64,000 bases of DNA, taken from the IMG/VR virus record IMGVR_UViG_3300017667_000009, positions 4,444 to 68,443 of that record, one strand, 5' to 3'. The position numbers and the translations under genes were made by a program. The notes beneath the pieces were generated by a model. That model saw only the letters and a program-made list of their open reading frames with translations, was not told the origin of the DNA and did not search any database. This stretch comes from a virus. Of the stretch, positions 9,701 through 17,733 are shown piece by piece. Every line of letters starts with the position of its first letter. The first letter of the stretch is position 1.

Positions 9701-10221
9701 GTATAAGTCCTAGCAGCACTATTAGTATTTGTAAACTGTGACGTAAACGTATTGGCTACGTTACGCATCCCTAAAGTACCGTTTAGGAAAGTTTTTAATC
9801 CTGTGTTAGTTTGAGTAGAGGCTAGTACCATGTCGCCACCTCCTCCTCCACTACCAGCTACATTCAACACCTGAAAGTTGGTGCCATCGTAACTAAGAGT
9901 ATATGTCCCACCGGCCGCAAGATCACCAGACGACAAAACGGTAGTTCCGCCTTTACGCAAATTAATAGTGCCTATTGGTGAGCCCCCCGTCCCAATTACG
10001 TTTAGCGTAACAGAGCTACTATTATTGGCGTTTATAAATTTTATCTTTAATTCAAGATCCTTTTTGTAGTAACTTAATTTGGGTATTGTAGCCGTATAGG
10101 CATTTGTCCCCGTGGCATCCCAAACCTTGTGTGTAAGCCACTCAAAATCATTAGTCTGTCCAAGACAAAGTATTGGGGCTATAAATAAAAGCGAAAAGAG
10201 TATTCTATTGCGGTCCATCAA
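6727..10221 (-). CDS. tailspike/depolymerase (beta-helix, GH28-like) with Sec signal peptide
   Basis: N-terminal ILFSLLFIAPILCLG/Q; GTDNTTVLQ tailspike motif; DGIHISG...SDDAVAL resembles GH28 catalytic motifs; N/I/S-rich beta-helix repeats. Confidence 0.75.
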   Translation of the reverse strand: MMDRNRILFSLLFIAPILCLGQTNDFEWLTHKVWDATGTNAYTATIPKLSYYKKDLELKIKFINANNSSSVTLNVIGTGGSPIGTINLRKGGTTVLSSGDLAAGGTYTLSYDGTNFQVLNVAGSGGGGGDMVLASTQTNTGLKTFLNGTLGMRNVANTFTSQFTNTNSAARTYTLPNFTGRVLVNNQVYYTSTEGAISDAVLTEGSVTYGTDNTTVLQTILNNASETNPITVYWDGKYSISSTLTVKSNTTIIFSANAGVIARNGMNANIFQNANPTASTTHIDHDIYFLGNNYIINHNRGSQSLSETTAQGWLVPFKMVGVDHLGISGATILSNVTFAVWFMNCDYWSVSDVLIDWTPSQTQTVLFRKDGIHISGPSKYGYVRDAQIKASDDAVALNADDAWQSTNTAGMCAAAGVPTYDPYATFGDITDVDIRNVTLLPGSEFGFRLLSSGSAVKRITISNIKGITTVYGFNISNWNDGCPNNIGPGYISDVTIENSSLEVTPRIGLNYKSTYYTIGGNVSNIVFKNISRSNFTANTFPTFIIERNSNVENMSIENLQITGGVDNLPVIDVSGFVKNLSISNSNITQSLTTITAPLLKLNSTNGGYISTLRLDNILADHIDNLIDYSNGQIDYIKATGIKHSYPSTGEGTFLIGTGKVLKSLFLSGYTGKIISSGSGTITSSKGDGTVFGSTSSPVEYNVSSFTAPNGTLLSSYTPELGAAFVNQNTSVWEIQNGRLIPKTPNPPTNNWFTIADAGFTNVTLKVTVSVSAASALDIAQFYLKWTNSSNFVVINLSRSLAGCTFNNIVGGVNTTFGTFTTALPNDSFPHTVRVEANGTSFRVFSDETLIGTGTSGTAQTGTGAGLGTAGTASAPTIFTFDNYSVVAFDFGISASVANLPQSIINGNITATGTINSFGSSVNNASYVNIINPNSGSSAANGLLIGNDISNNSGGLVFTSSTNTTLLGTPGANSLTLYTLSAGQKLAFATVSNVRQIIEADGNISLFRPYSPASYGGGVKTLYFDHATTNPSTSVTGGGVMFVKSSDSKPYWWTGTTEYAMTGGAGGTYYAPNTLVANATDANFTATINGVHNILDGVASTNRVITIPTGSNGDVMKFYNTEDTRVWSFTGATVYLADRVTVVTELLYNVPCHMEQIDGRWIITN

Positions 10222-10615
10222 GAGTTAGTTGAAAGGTTGCTGAATCATTTACCATGTTTAATAAGTACTTCCCAGGGTATAGCGTTAGCTGCTTAGTTAT
10301 GTTATCCCAATCCAAAAGCCCCAACGTCATAAAAAAATTGGCTGGCATTGTAAGGATAGAAATGGCTGAAATAGTAAAGCTGAAAACGCCTTTTATGGCA
10401 TTGCCTTGGTTTATAGATGTAATTGTCTTGTTGCCCCCTATTGAAGTTATAGTTCCTGATGAGTTTGCTCCCACAAAAACAACTTCCGATAGAAGTTCCC
10501 AATCCAATACAATACCAGCCCCGGTTACGTCCACTGTCTTCCTTTTTACACTAGGCGTAATTACCTTTTGAAGTGGGGGTTTTCTTAGTAAGTATCGTTT
10601 GCTCGGGGTTGGCAT
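10205..10615 (-). CDS. hypothetical fibre-associated protein
   Basis: 136-aa beta-rich ORF in the fibre operon. Confidence 0.55.
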   Translation of the reverse strand: MPTPSKRYLLRKPPLQKVITPSVKRKTVDVTGAGIVLDWELLSEVVFVGANSSGTITSIGGNKTITSINQGNAIKGVFSFTISAISILTMPANFFMTLGLLDWDNITKQLTLYPGKYLLNMVNDSATFQLTLDGPQ

Positions 10616-10686
10616 TGTTATTTGTTACTTTTTTAATGGCAATGCGATTGGCATTACAATTCCGTTTTCTTGTGTGTGTATCTCTG

Positions 10687-12108
10687 TCATAGCTTAATGA
10701 TGTAGGCCAAAGTATAGTACGGTGGCCTGTTCTCATGGGGCACATCTCCTCCAGATGGAGATATTTGACCTCCAGCTGTAATCATAAGTTCAGTACCAGA
10801 ACCACCACTATCATACCCTGTTGGCGTAACAAATTCACCAACTATGCTTGTTCTTAATAACTTATCAAAAGACCCTGTGTTATGGTTATGGGCTGGCATC
10901 TCATTAATCCCTAATGCGTGTTTTTTCTCTCCGGCACTTTTACCGATAGTATCATAATCCGTATCTGACGGATCGTATCCAACAATAAACATTCCTCTTA
11001 AATCTGGTCTACCCTGGCTTCCATCACATAATCCCCATCCTGAAGGTGCAATTGTGCCAGCCCACATGACAATAACACCTGCCGGAATAGCCAATGGGGC
11101 TAATTGTTCAAACCTAACAGCCTGTCCATTTGAAGTAGCACCAGGGAGATTGTTGATTTGATTCCCTACCATGTTTAGAGGCCCAGTCATTGAGTCTCCA
11201 GATCTGTTCAAAGGAACATACCCAAGGTTATTCTGAAGTATGCTCCAATTAGCTTGAGTATTCCCTGGGGTGTCTATCAGTGCTCTTACGGTATCCCCAA
11301 TTTCAACTACTTGTCCTGTTGGCAAAGTGCCAGCTACCGATATGGTCCAGATATCTCCTTTTTTGATTGCGCCCGCTGTACCAGATCCTCCGATTGAAGG
11401 GTAGTTACCACCGGCAGCGCTAAAAGTACCTCTGTCATCCCAAAGCCCAACCACTAATGAATTGGCATAATCTTCCATCTGGGCGGCATAATCTTCCATC
11501 TGGGACTTATTTATTGCATCAGCCGCATTTGTCCCATTACCCAGGCCAGTAATTTTATTGTTTGACATGGCCAAGGCCCCAGTCATCGTATCGCCTGCCT
11601 TTGCTACCTTGGAATTAATCAACGGGTAGTCTAAAAACAAAACCGCAGGGCTAAAGGTCACGCCTCCATCGGTAGATATCCTCAAGTAATAATCTCCAGA
11701 CAAATAAGTGGTGTGCCAAGTAGTGCCGTCAGCCGAGTATTGAACTTGCGTCAGCGGTGCGTCTTTCCCTATGTTCTTAATGTACGGCTTCCCTTTATGA
11801 AACAACAAAGGCGCTACTGAGTACTTATCTAGTTCCCCAGCGCTTTCCAGAGTCTTTAAAAATCGGTTTAACTGAGCGGGTGTGGTTCTTAGTAAATAAC
11901 TTACATTACCGGATACATCATAGGCCACATGGTCAAGTACAGACCGAAGATTTAAAATGATAATCCTAGACTGTAGGTAAAGTCGTTTTTGCTTCTCACT
12001 TCTACCAAACCCTTTTTTGTGGTTTCGCATCCGCAATAAGGTCAGGTCTCCAAGCTTCTGGTAGCTCTTCGCAATTATGTCCCTGGCATCGTCAAACAGC
12101 AACCCCAT
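10687..12108 (-). CDS. tail fibre protein with tail-collar domain
   Basis: KAGDTMTGAL and RSGDSMTGPL repeats; IPAGVIVMWAG..PSGWGLCDG..PDLRGMF collar motif; HENRPPYYTLAYIIKL C-terminus. Confidence 0.9.
   Translation of the reverse strand: MGLLFDDARDIIAKSYQKLGDLTLLRMRNHKKGFGRSEKQKRLYLQSRIIILNLRSVLDHVAYDVSGNVSYLLRTTPAQLNRFLKTLESAGELDKYSVAPLLFHKGKPYIKNIGKDAPLTQVQYSADGTTWHTTYLSGDYYLRISTDGGVTFSPAVLFLDYPLINSKVAKAGDTMTGALAMSNNKITGLGNGTNAADAINKSQMEDYAAQMEDYANSLVVGLWDDRGTFSAAGGNYPSIGGSGTAGAIKKGDIWTISVAGTLPTGQVVEIGDTVRALIDTPGNTQANWSILQNNLGYVPLNRSGDSMTGPLNMVGNQINNLPGATSNGQAVRFEQLAPLAIPAGVIVMWAGTIAPSGWGLCDGSQGRPDLRGMFIVGYDPSDTDYDTIGKSAGEKKHALGINEMPAHNHNTGSFDKLLRTSIVGEFVTPTGYDSGGSGTELMITAGGQISPSGGDVPHENRPPYYTLAYIIKL
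11464..11504. repeat. in-frame 21-bp-period tandem duplication (QMEDYA x2)
   Basis: ggcataatcttccatctggg at 11464 and 11485. Confidence 0.9.
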
Positions 12109-12119
12109 TTACAAATTTT

Positions 12120-12821
12120 TTATAGGTAAATCTCTTCCATCTGTCTACATGCTTCTTCCATTTCGGCAAATCTTCCTTCCGAGTTTAATGCCTGTAGTCC
12201 GTTTAGATCAGAATCAAACTGCAAATATTTTTCGTACAGTTTGGCCCTCTCTTTACCATCACTAAACCAAGGCTTGCTATTTATGGCGTCAAGTTGGTCT
12301 CTCAGCCTATCCCTATGATAGCAATCAATCAACTGACCGTCTACCAGTACTTCAATGGTTCCATAGCTTACCAAAACAGATAGGTCGGTAATCACTTCCC
12401 AATACGTTTGCCATCCTACTGCACCGGGCTGCACAGAAATGCTTCCCGTTGTTTTCGCTTTTACCACTTGCGATGTTGGCGTATGGTAAAGAACCGTGGC
12501 GAATTGTGTAATCACTCCGTTCCCATCTTTTACTTCGGCAAGTGTATTTACCGGAGATGCTGAGTACAGACTAAGCCGTATCAGATTAAAACGATACCAT
12601 CCGTCTGTTGCAGTGGGGAAATTCCATACAATAGCACTCAATGGTGCGGTGTTGTCAATTCCTGATAGATATGTCGGCACCCCAGAGCTACTCATCTTCG
12701 CAATTACCAGTAGGTTTGCTTTATCTGTTCTTAGCTCTCCTTGGTAGTCGCTTACATCCTTGATCGTAGCAGCGCTGCAATCAACTTGTTCAGACTCTAG
12801 CTCTAGTTCGTAGGTTGTCAT
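12120..12821 (-). CDS. hypothetical virion structural protein
   Basis: 233-aa ORF between capsid and fibre genes. Confidence 0.6.
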   Translation of the reverse strand: MTTYELELESEQVDCSAATIKDVSDYQGELRTDKANLLVIAKMSSSGVPTYLSGIDNTAPLSAIVWNFPTATDGWYRFNLIRLSLYSASPVNTLAEVKDGNGVITQFATVLYHTPTSQVVKAKTTGSISVQPGAVGWQTYWEVITDLSVLVSYGTIEVLVDGQLIDCYHRDRLRDQLDAINSKPWFSDGKERAKLYEKYLQFDSDLNGLQALNSEGRFAEMEEACRQMEEIYL

Positions 12822-13699
12822 CTATTTGGGTTTCCTATATTCAAAAACTTTTTAAGCCTGCTCTCTACTCTCTTGTAACACTTTTTACCTTCTGCTCCAC
12901 TGAAGAAGTATTCTACTAATCCACCGATTCTATTCTTACCAATTTCAAGAGTTATCAACTCTTCTTGTCCCTCTTCATTAAAGAACCATTTCCGAGTCTG
13001 CTCGTCCCAAATAATAATATTGAAGTACTCGCTCTCCATCACCACTATTTTAGAAATAGCGTCACGGTTTGAGCTTGCCTTCATCACCATAATAGGGTCC
13101 TCCAGAGTTATCTTAAATAACTCCCCTTTAATTACTTCAAAGTGACTTTCCATGTTGAGCTTTTTGCCAATAGGCAAAAACTCATTAATGGCTTTTATCT
13201 CCTTGTCGTCCGCACTCGAAACCCAGCTTAACGCATCTGCCAACATTGCATTTTTGTTGTTGAGAGTCATGGCAACCTTTTTGGCGTCTACCTTATAGTA
13301 TACCGCGGGCTGTTTTCTGTCTCTGAATATATTTGAAGCATTAGCGTTGTGTCTTTCCAAGTACTCATACGTTGCGTTCTGGTCGGCATTCACTCGATAA
13401 AAGCCATCATCAAAACGAATTGATTTTGTAACGTCTTCATATCGGTACGATCCATCTTCTTTTTTTATCGGCTTATGGCTTACCACATTGCCAATCATCA
13501 CTTTGTTTCCTGTTTCAAAATCCTGCACAAGAGTTTGTCTTGCCAGCACTCTCACCGGGTTACACTTTATCGGCTTCCCCTGATCGTCTACTATGTTAGG
13601 GCTATCGGTATCAGATGCCAACAATCGGTAAATCACATACTCATCGCCCACTAAGGGCTTCACTTGCATACTTTTTGATAAGACTTTGTTTGGCTGCAT
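12818..13699 (-). CDS. hypothetical protein downstream of capsid gene
   Basis: 293-aa ORF; context only. Confidence 0.6.
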   Translation of the reverse strand: MQPNKVLSKSMQVKPLVGDEYVIYRLLASDTDSPNIVDDQGKPIKCNPVRVLARQTLVQDFETGNKVMIGNVVSHKPIKKEDGSYRYEDVTKSIRFDDGFYRVNADQNATYEYLERHNANASNIFRDRKQPAVYYKVDAKKVAMTLNNKNAMLADALSWVSSADDKEIKAINEFLPIGKKLNMESHFEVIKGELFKITLEDPIMVMKASSNRDAISKIVVMESEYFNIIIWDEQTRKWFFNEEGQEELITLEIGKNRIGGLVEYFFSGAEGKKCYKRVESRLKKFLNIGNPNR

Positions 13700-13719
13700 T
13701 TTTTCTTTGTTTTAATAGT

Positions 13720-13751
13720 TAAAAAGTGAGGGTGAAATAACACCCTCACTT
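13720..13751 (-). terminator. intrinsic terminator after major capsid gene
   Basis: aagtgagggtg/caccctcactt 11-bp stem with U-tract on minus strand. Confidence 0.8.
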
Positions 13752-13757
13752 CAATTG

Positions 13758-15143
13758 TTAGAATCCCCTATCTACAACCATAAACTTTCTCAGGTTGAAT
13801 ACTTGTAGCGCTTTGTATGAAATCATGTTCACGCTACGCTCCATTACATCGTTGGTGGCCCCGGTAAGTGCTCCTGCGCCATCTTCCCAAACGGCAATCT
13901 CTCCGTCATTTTGAAGGTACTGAGCGGCCATTGCTGGCGCAGCATACCGTACTTTCATGTATGGCTGCATCTCATTTGTGTTCGGAGTGAGTGCCGATCC
14001 GCAAGGGATAAATACACCCTTACCCTTATAGCCCAACCGGTCGTTACCTAAACTTCCAGAGTGGCTAAATGCCTTACAGTCTTTCACGTAAATAGAAATT
14101 CCGATACCAGGCATTTTAATACCTGTAAACTCAAAGTTTATGGCTTGTTGTTTACCTTCGGCACCACCTCCAAAGAAGGCATAAGCAGCATCGTATTTAC
14201 CTAGCTCCGCAGTGTAGTTTTGGAAAGCAAAACCTAAGTCAAGCCCCAACATACCCAAGTACTCACCGTCACCGTAGTTGGCAACAATCTGGCTCATCCA
14301 GTCTTGTACAGTAGGCAGGTCAACATCACCGTAGTAGTCTTGTGTGATACCGTTAGCGTTGATGTTAGGAATTAAACCAAGAGTAGTATTTATGGCTGCA
14401 CCCGCAGCGTTCGTTACCGTTGCTGTATTGCTCTGGCCCGTTAACATGGCCGCGTCCTCATCAAACTCAAAAGTTTGAGCCGTGTTGGCAATACCTAAAT
14501 AATGAAGATATTGTTTGCCGTCAATAGTTGCTACCTCAGCCCGGTTTTGCATTGATGAGTCACTGGCAGAATAGTTACCTCTGGTAATCTGTATCTTCTG
14601 GTTAATCCTGTTGATACGTGGCTGTCTTGATTCTACTTTCGTAGACCTCTCAGATACGGCCATACCCATAAAGTTTACAACACTTCCTACTACCGCTGCT
14701 GTTTGCACGTCAGTGCTGTTGGTCAAAGATTTTACCAATACAACGTGTGCGTTAGGTGTCGCTCTGTTTATCGAGAAAACAAGTCCAGTAACCTGGTTCG
14801 CAAAGATGCAAATGTTACCCACAATAGGATAAGAGTTTGCGCCAGAGTTGTAGTGATCTGCGGCACTCAGTGTAATATTCACTGATGGCGTAGTGTCTTG
14901 CGTTAAGTTAGCTACTGTAACTACCGTTGCGTTAGACTTCAAATGATCGGCTTGCTCAAAGTAGTAAAAATCATAGCGGCCAGTTTGCTCACTGGGCATA
15001 ATTTTACTCTGCATTTTCAATTGACGGAAGATAGAAAAGTCAGAATAGGCAGTTGAGATCATCCCCAACTTCTTTCTAAACTCTCTATCCAAAATACCAT
15101 ACCCTGTAAGTATGGGCATGTTTAAATTGGATTGGAATGACAT
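13758..15143 (-). CDS. major capsid protein (crAss-like, HK97 fold)
   Basis: 461 aa, follows a scaffold-like gene and is followed by a terminator; RINQKIQITR and TLGLIPNI segments resemble HK97-type capsids. Confidence 0.8.
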   Translation of the reverse strand: MSFQSNLNMPILTGYGILDREFRKKLGMISTAYSDFSIFRQLKMQSKIMPSEQTGRYDFYYFEQADHLKSNATVVTVANLTQDTTPSVNITLSAADHYNSGANSYPIVGNICIFANQVTGLVFSINRATPNAHVVLVKSLTNSTDVQTAAVVGSVVNFMGMAVSERSTKVESRQPRINRINQKIQITRGNYSASDSSMQNRAEVATIDGKQYLHYLGIANTAQTFEFDEDAAMLTGQSNTATVTNAAGAAINTTLGLIPNINANGITQDYYGDVDLPTVQDWMSQIVANYGDGEYLGMLGLDLGFAFQNYTAELGKYDAAYAFFGGGAEGKQQAINFEFTGIKMPGIGISIYVKDCKAFSHSGSLGNDRLGYKGKGVFIPCGSALTPNTNEMQPYMKVRYAAPAMAAQYLQNDGEIAVWEDGAGALTGATNDVMERSVNMISYKALQVFNLRKFMVVDRGF

Positions 15144-15171
15144 TTTTTAGTTGTTTAAATTTTTAAATCAG

Positions 15172-16284
15172 TTACACAGGTCTTCGTGACTGTTCGTACT
15201 GCTCTGATTGTGATCTCGCAATCGGAGTCTCCTTACCGTCATCAACCACTTTCTCTTTTCCGGTGTTGTTGATCTGATTTAGCAGTATCGCCATACCTCG
15301 TTCTATGCCTTGAGAAAAAATATCGGCATGTACTTTTTCGCGGTTCTTAAATTGGTACACATCATTTAGATAGGTGTTCCAGTTTATACCGGATTCTGTT
15401 TTGTGGCTGTTCACCAAATCTTTTACAAAAGTTTCTGGGTTGGCTGCGTATGCCTTCAATGCAGAGGCCTCTTCCGGACTCATCTCTACATTAAATGCTC
15501 CCTTCGGAACAATTTGCCCTGTCTTCGTTTTGTACTCTGGTAATACCACGGTAGGCTTCAAGTTTTTTAGCCCACCTTCAATTCCCTTATTAATCGCATC
15601 CAACTGCTCGGGTGTTGGTCCTGTTGGTTGCGTTTCGGGCAACTTGGCTTCCCTGAAAGCCTTCAAAGTAGAATCTATGTTCTGCTTTGCTGCACGGGTT
15701 GCCTCATCGTGTTTGAACTTCCTTAGCGGATCTGAACTTAGATCGCTCCCATCCCCATAGGCTTCTGTATATTGCGCTTCAAATATGTCTCTTGCTTCAT
15801 CTCTAGGGATGTGGGGATACTTCAAAGCAAAATCCTCAAATTGCAATCGTTTAGGGTCAGCGTTCGCGTCCAGTTCTGCCAGGTTCAAATAGCTTTTAGC
15901 CGCAGCCATTTCGTTGCCATCAAACTTTTGGGCAAACTCATATAGTGCTTTGGCTTTTTCGTTCGGAAACTCGAGGCCTTTTTTAGTCAGCGCATCAAGC
16001 TCCTCTACTCTTTTATTTAGGTTAGTCCTTTCTTCAAAGGCTAATTTTATGTCGTCAATCTTTGATAGGGAGATGCCTCGTTCGTTAAGAACTTTAACTA
16101 GTTCTTCGTCTTTAAAAGATGGTTTCTCTTCTGTCTTTGGGGCTTCGGTAACCAGTGTGGTAACTGGTGTCGCTTCTTGGCCGGAAGGGATTTCATTACC
16201 AGCGGGCGCTCCAGTATTCTGCTTCGCCAAATAGTCTTCTAGCGATACTCTCTCTACTTTTGATTCGGCTGTAAATGTTTCCAT
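15172..16284 (-). CDS. putative capsid scaffolding protein
   Basis: Acidic, helical 370-aa protein immediately upstream of MCP. Confidence 0.65.
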   Translation of the reverse strand: METFTAESKVERVSLEDYLAKQNTGAPAGNEIPSGQEATPVTTLVTEAPKTEEKPSFKDEELVKVLNERGISLSKIDDIKLAFEERTNLNKRVEELDALTKKGLEFPNEKAKALYEFAQKFDGNEMAAAKSYLNLAELDANADPKRLQFEDFALKYPHIPRDEARDIFEAQYTEAYGDGSDLSSDPLRKFKHDEATRAAKQNIDSTLKAFREAKLPETQPTGPTPEQLDAINKGIEGGLKNLKPTVVLPEYKTKTGQIVPKGAFNVEMSPEEASALKAYAANPETFVKDLVNSHKTESGINWNTYLNDVYQFKNREKVHADIFSQGIERGMAILLNQINNTGKEKVVDDGKETPIARSQSEQYEQSRRPV

Positions 16285-16360
16285 AAATTTAACTGTGCGG
16301 TTGGTTGAGCCGAAAGTTAATTTTAATGAACTAATGTATTGTTTTATTTACATTAAGGTG

Positions 16361-16368
16361 TAGATTTG
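16361..16368 (+). promoter_or_regulatory. Bacteroidota -7 promoter element
   Basis: TAGATTTG matches TAnnTTTG, 5 nt before ATG 16374. Confidence 0.55.
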
Positions 16369-16373
16369 TAGAT

Positions 16374-16709
16374 ATGTTTAGAGAGACAACTCCCATTAAA
16401 GTTTACATATTCAAAGACGCATCTTATGTAAGCTCGGTAGAGTTATTTCAAATCATTTTTCCTTACTCTAATAACTACTACGCACAGTGGGTAAGAATGA
16501 ACATCACAAAGCAGCCCCAAGAACTGTCTTGCAAGGGCGTTGACTATATATTCTTTGCCGATGCTGGCATAAAGCCACCTCAAAGAATTAAGGGCGGAAA
16601 AAAGAGAATGGACTATCTTCTTACCGTTGTTTTTGCTATTCAATTGTGCTACCAGGCGAAGAATTTTCAGTCTAAAAACGTAAAAGATTTCCTCCTCAAA
16701 TTAATTTAA
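16374..16709 (+). CDS. AntA/AntB-like antirepressor-domain protein
   Basis: YAQWVRMNI...GVDY...RMDYLLTVVFAIQLC resembles the AntA pattern. Confidence 0.55.
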   Translation: MFRETTPIKVYIFKDASYVSSVELFQIIFPYSNNYYAQWVRMNITKQPQELSCKGVDYIFFADAGIKPPQRIKGGKKRMDYLLTVVFAIQLCYQAKNFQSKNVKDFLLKLI

Positions 16710-16800
16710 AGTTATTTATAACGTAGTGTAGATTTAGTTATACCGATTAGTTATTATTCAACATTTGTTGCCGTAACTAAACAAACTAAATTAAAACACT

Positions 16801-17370
16801 ATGGCACAACAAGGATTCGCATTCGTAACGGTACGCAGGGCTTCACCTAACTCGGGTGTAGACTTGCCACAGCCTCAAAGGAGATTAGTAGCAACAAATA
16901 GCCCTTATGAGGTTCGTCAGAACCTAAAGCGCGGAGGTTCGGTCTTGAAAATTACCTCGGGCTCAGGAACCAGAGCAAAATTTGAAATCTTTGAGTCAAT
17001 CACTCAGTTTAACACTGCTATGGAGCCCACCAATACCAACTCGGCTCCTGATGTTAACTTAACCTTATCGGCCAACGGTACAACCATTGCATCAACGGCT
17101 GTTTTGGTGTCCTATTACAACATCGTCACTACTGCTGCAACGGGCGTAAACGATGCTGTTAGATTGCCTGCTGTTTCTCAGGGCGCTGTACGGGTTGTTG
17201 TAAACAAAACTGCTGTTCCTGTTTCGGTTTTCCCGAACGCGGCTGGTGAGGCTATTGTGAATAAGTTGGGTGTTCAATTAGCCAACGGTGCGTCTATATC
17301 TGTTCCTGCTGGTGAGACATGGCATTTTTCAAGCAACGGTACTGTAAACCGTGCTGCGGTAGACGCTTAA
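16801..17370 (+). CDS. putative capsid decoration/structural protein
   Basis: AVRLP...VVVNKT..VSVFP...SISVPAG beta-rich motif. Confidence 0.5.
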   Translation: MAQQGFAFVTVRRASPNSGVDLPQPQRRLVATNSPYEVRQNLKRGGSVLKITSGSGTRAKFEIFESITQFNTAMEPTNTNSAPDVNLTLSANGTTIASTAVLVSYYNIVTTAATGVNDAVRLPAVSQGAVRVVVNKTAVPVSVFPNAAGEAIVNKLGVQLANGASISVPAGETWHFSSNGTVNRAAVDA

Positions 17371-17379
17371 TAAAAAACT

Positions 17380-17404
17380 GAAAGGCGGTTGGTTGCTTCC
17401 TTTC
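17380..17404 (+). ncRNA. hairpin with candidate antisense loop
   Basis: gaaagg/cctttc stem; GCGGTTGGTTG complementary to the scaffold mRNA leader (16297-16307). Confidence 0.4.
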
Positions 17405-17481
17405 TTTGTTGGGCCTCATGTTCATTGGGGGCCTAATTTTAAAAACCATTTTTTATTTCAAAAACCAAAACCAATTATAGT

Positions 17482-17685
17482 ATGAGACAACAAGACGTAG
17501 AAATCGCAGAAAATCAAAAGTTCATGAGCTCTTTAAGGGCTAAGGCGGCCGAAGAAGCAAAGGCGATAGCTGATGCCGAAGAGGCTAAGTTAGCCGAAAT
17601 AAAGGCTGAGGAAGAGGCTAAGATTAAGGCTGAGATCAAAGCAGCCGAAGAAGCAAAGGCGATAGCTGATGCGAAAACTGAATAA
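17482..17685 (+). CDS. Ala/Glu/Lys-rich coiled-coil protein
   Basis: AEEAKAIADA repeated twice. Confidence 0.65.
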   Translation: MRQQDVEIAENQKFMSSLRAKAAEEAKAIADAEEAKLAEIKAEEEAKIKAEIKAAEEAKAIADAKTE

Positions 17686-17701
17686 TTTTTTTCAGACAAA
17701 T

Positions 17702-17733
17702 AAAAAAGCCCCGAGTTAAGGGGCTTTTTTATT
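17702..17733. terminator. bidirectional intrinsic terminator
   Basis: aaaaaagcccc-gagttaa-ggggctttttt between convergent genes. Confidence 0.85.

Noticed and set aside
5214-12108. Diversity-generating retroelement acting on the fibres
   Set aside because: No reverse transcriptase and no template/variable repeat pair seen in the window.
17548-17672. 29-bp direct repeat
   Set aside because: Explained by the AEEAKAIADA protein repeat; no sign of a mobile element.
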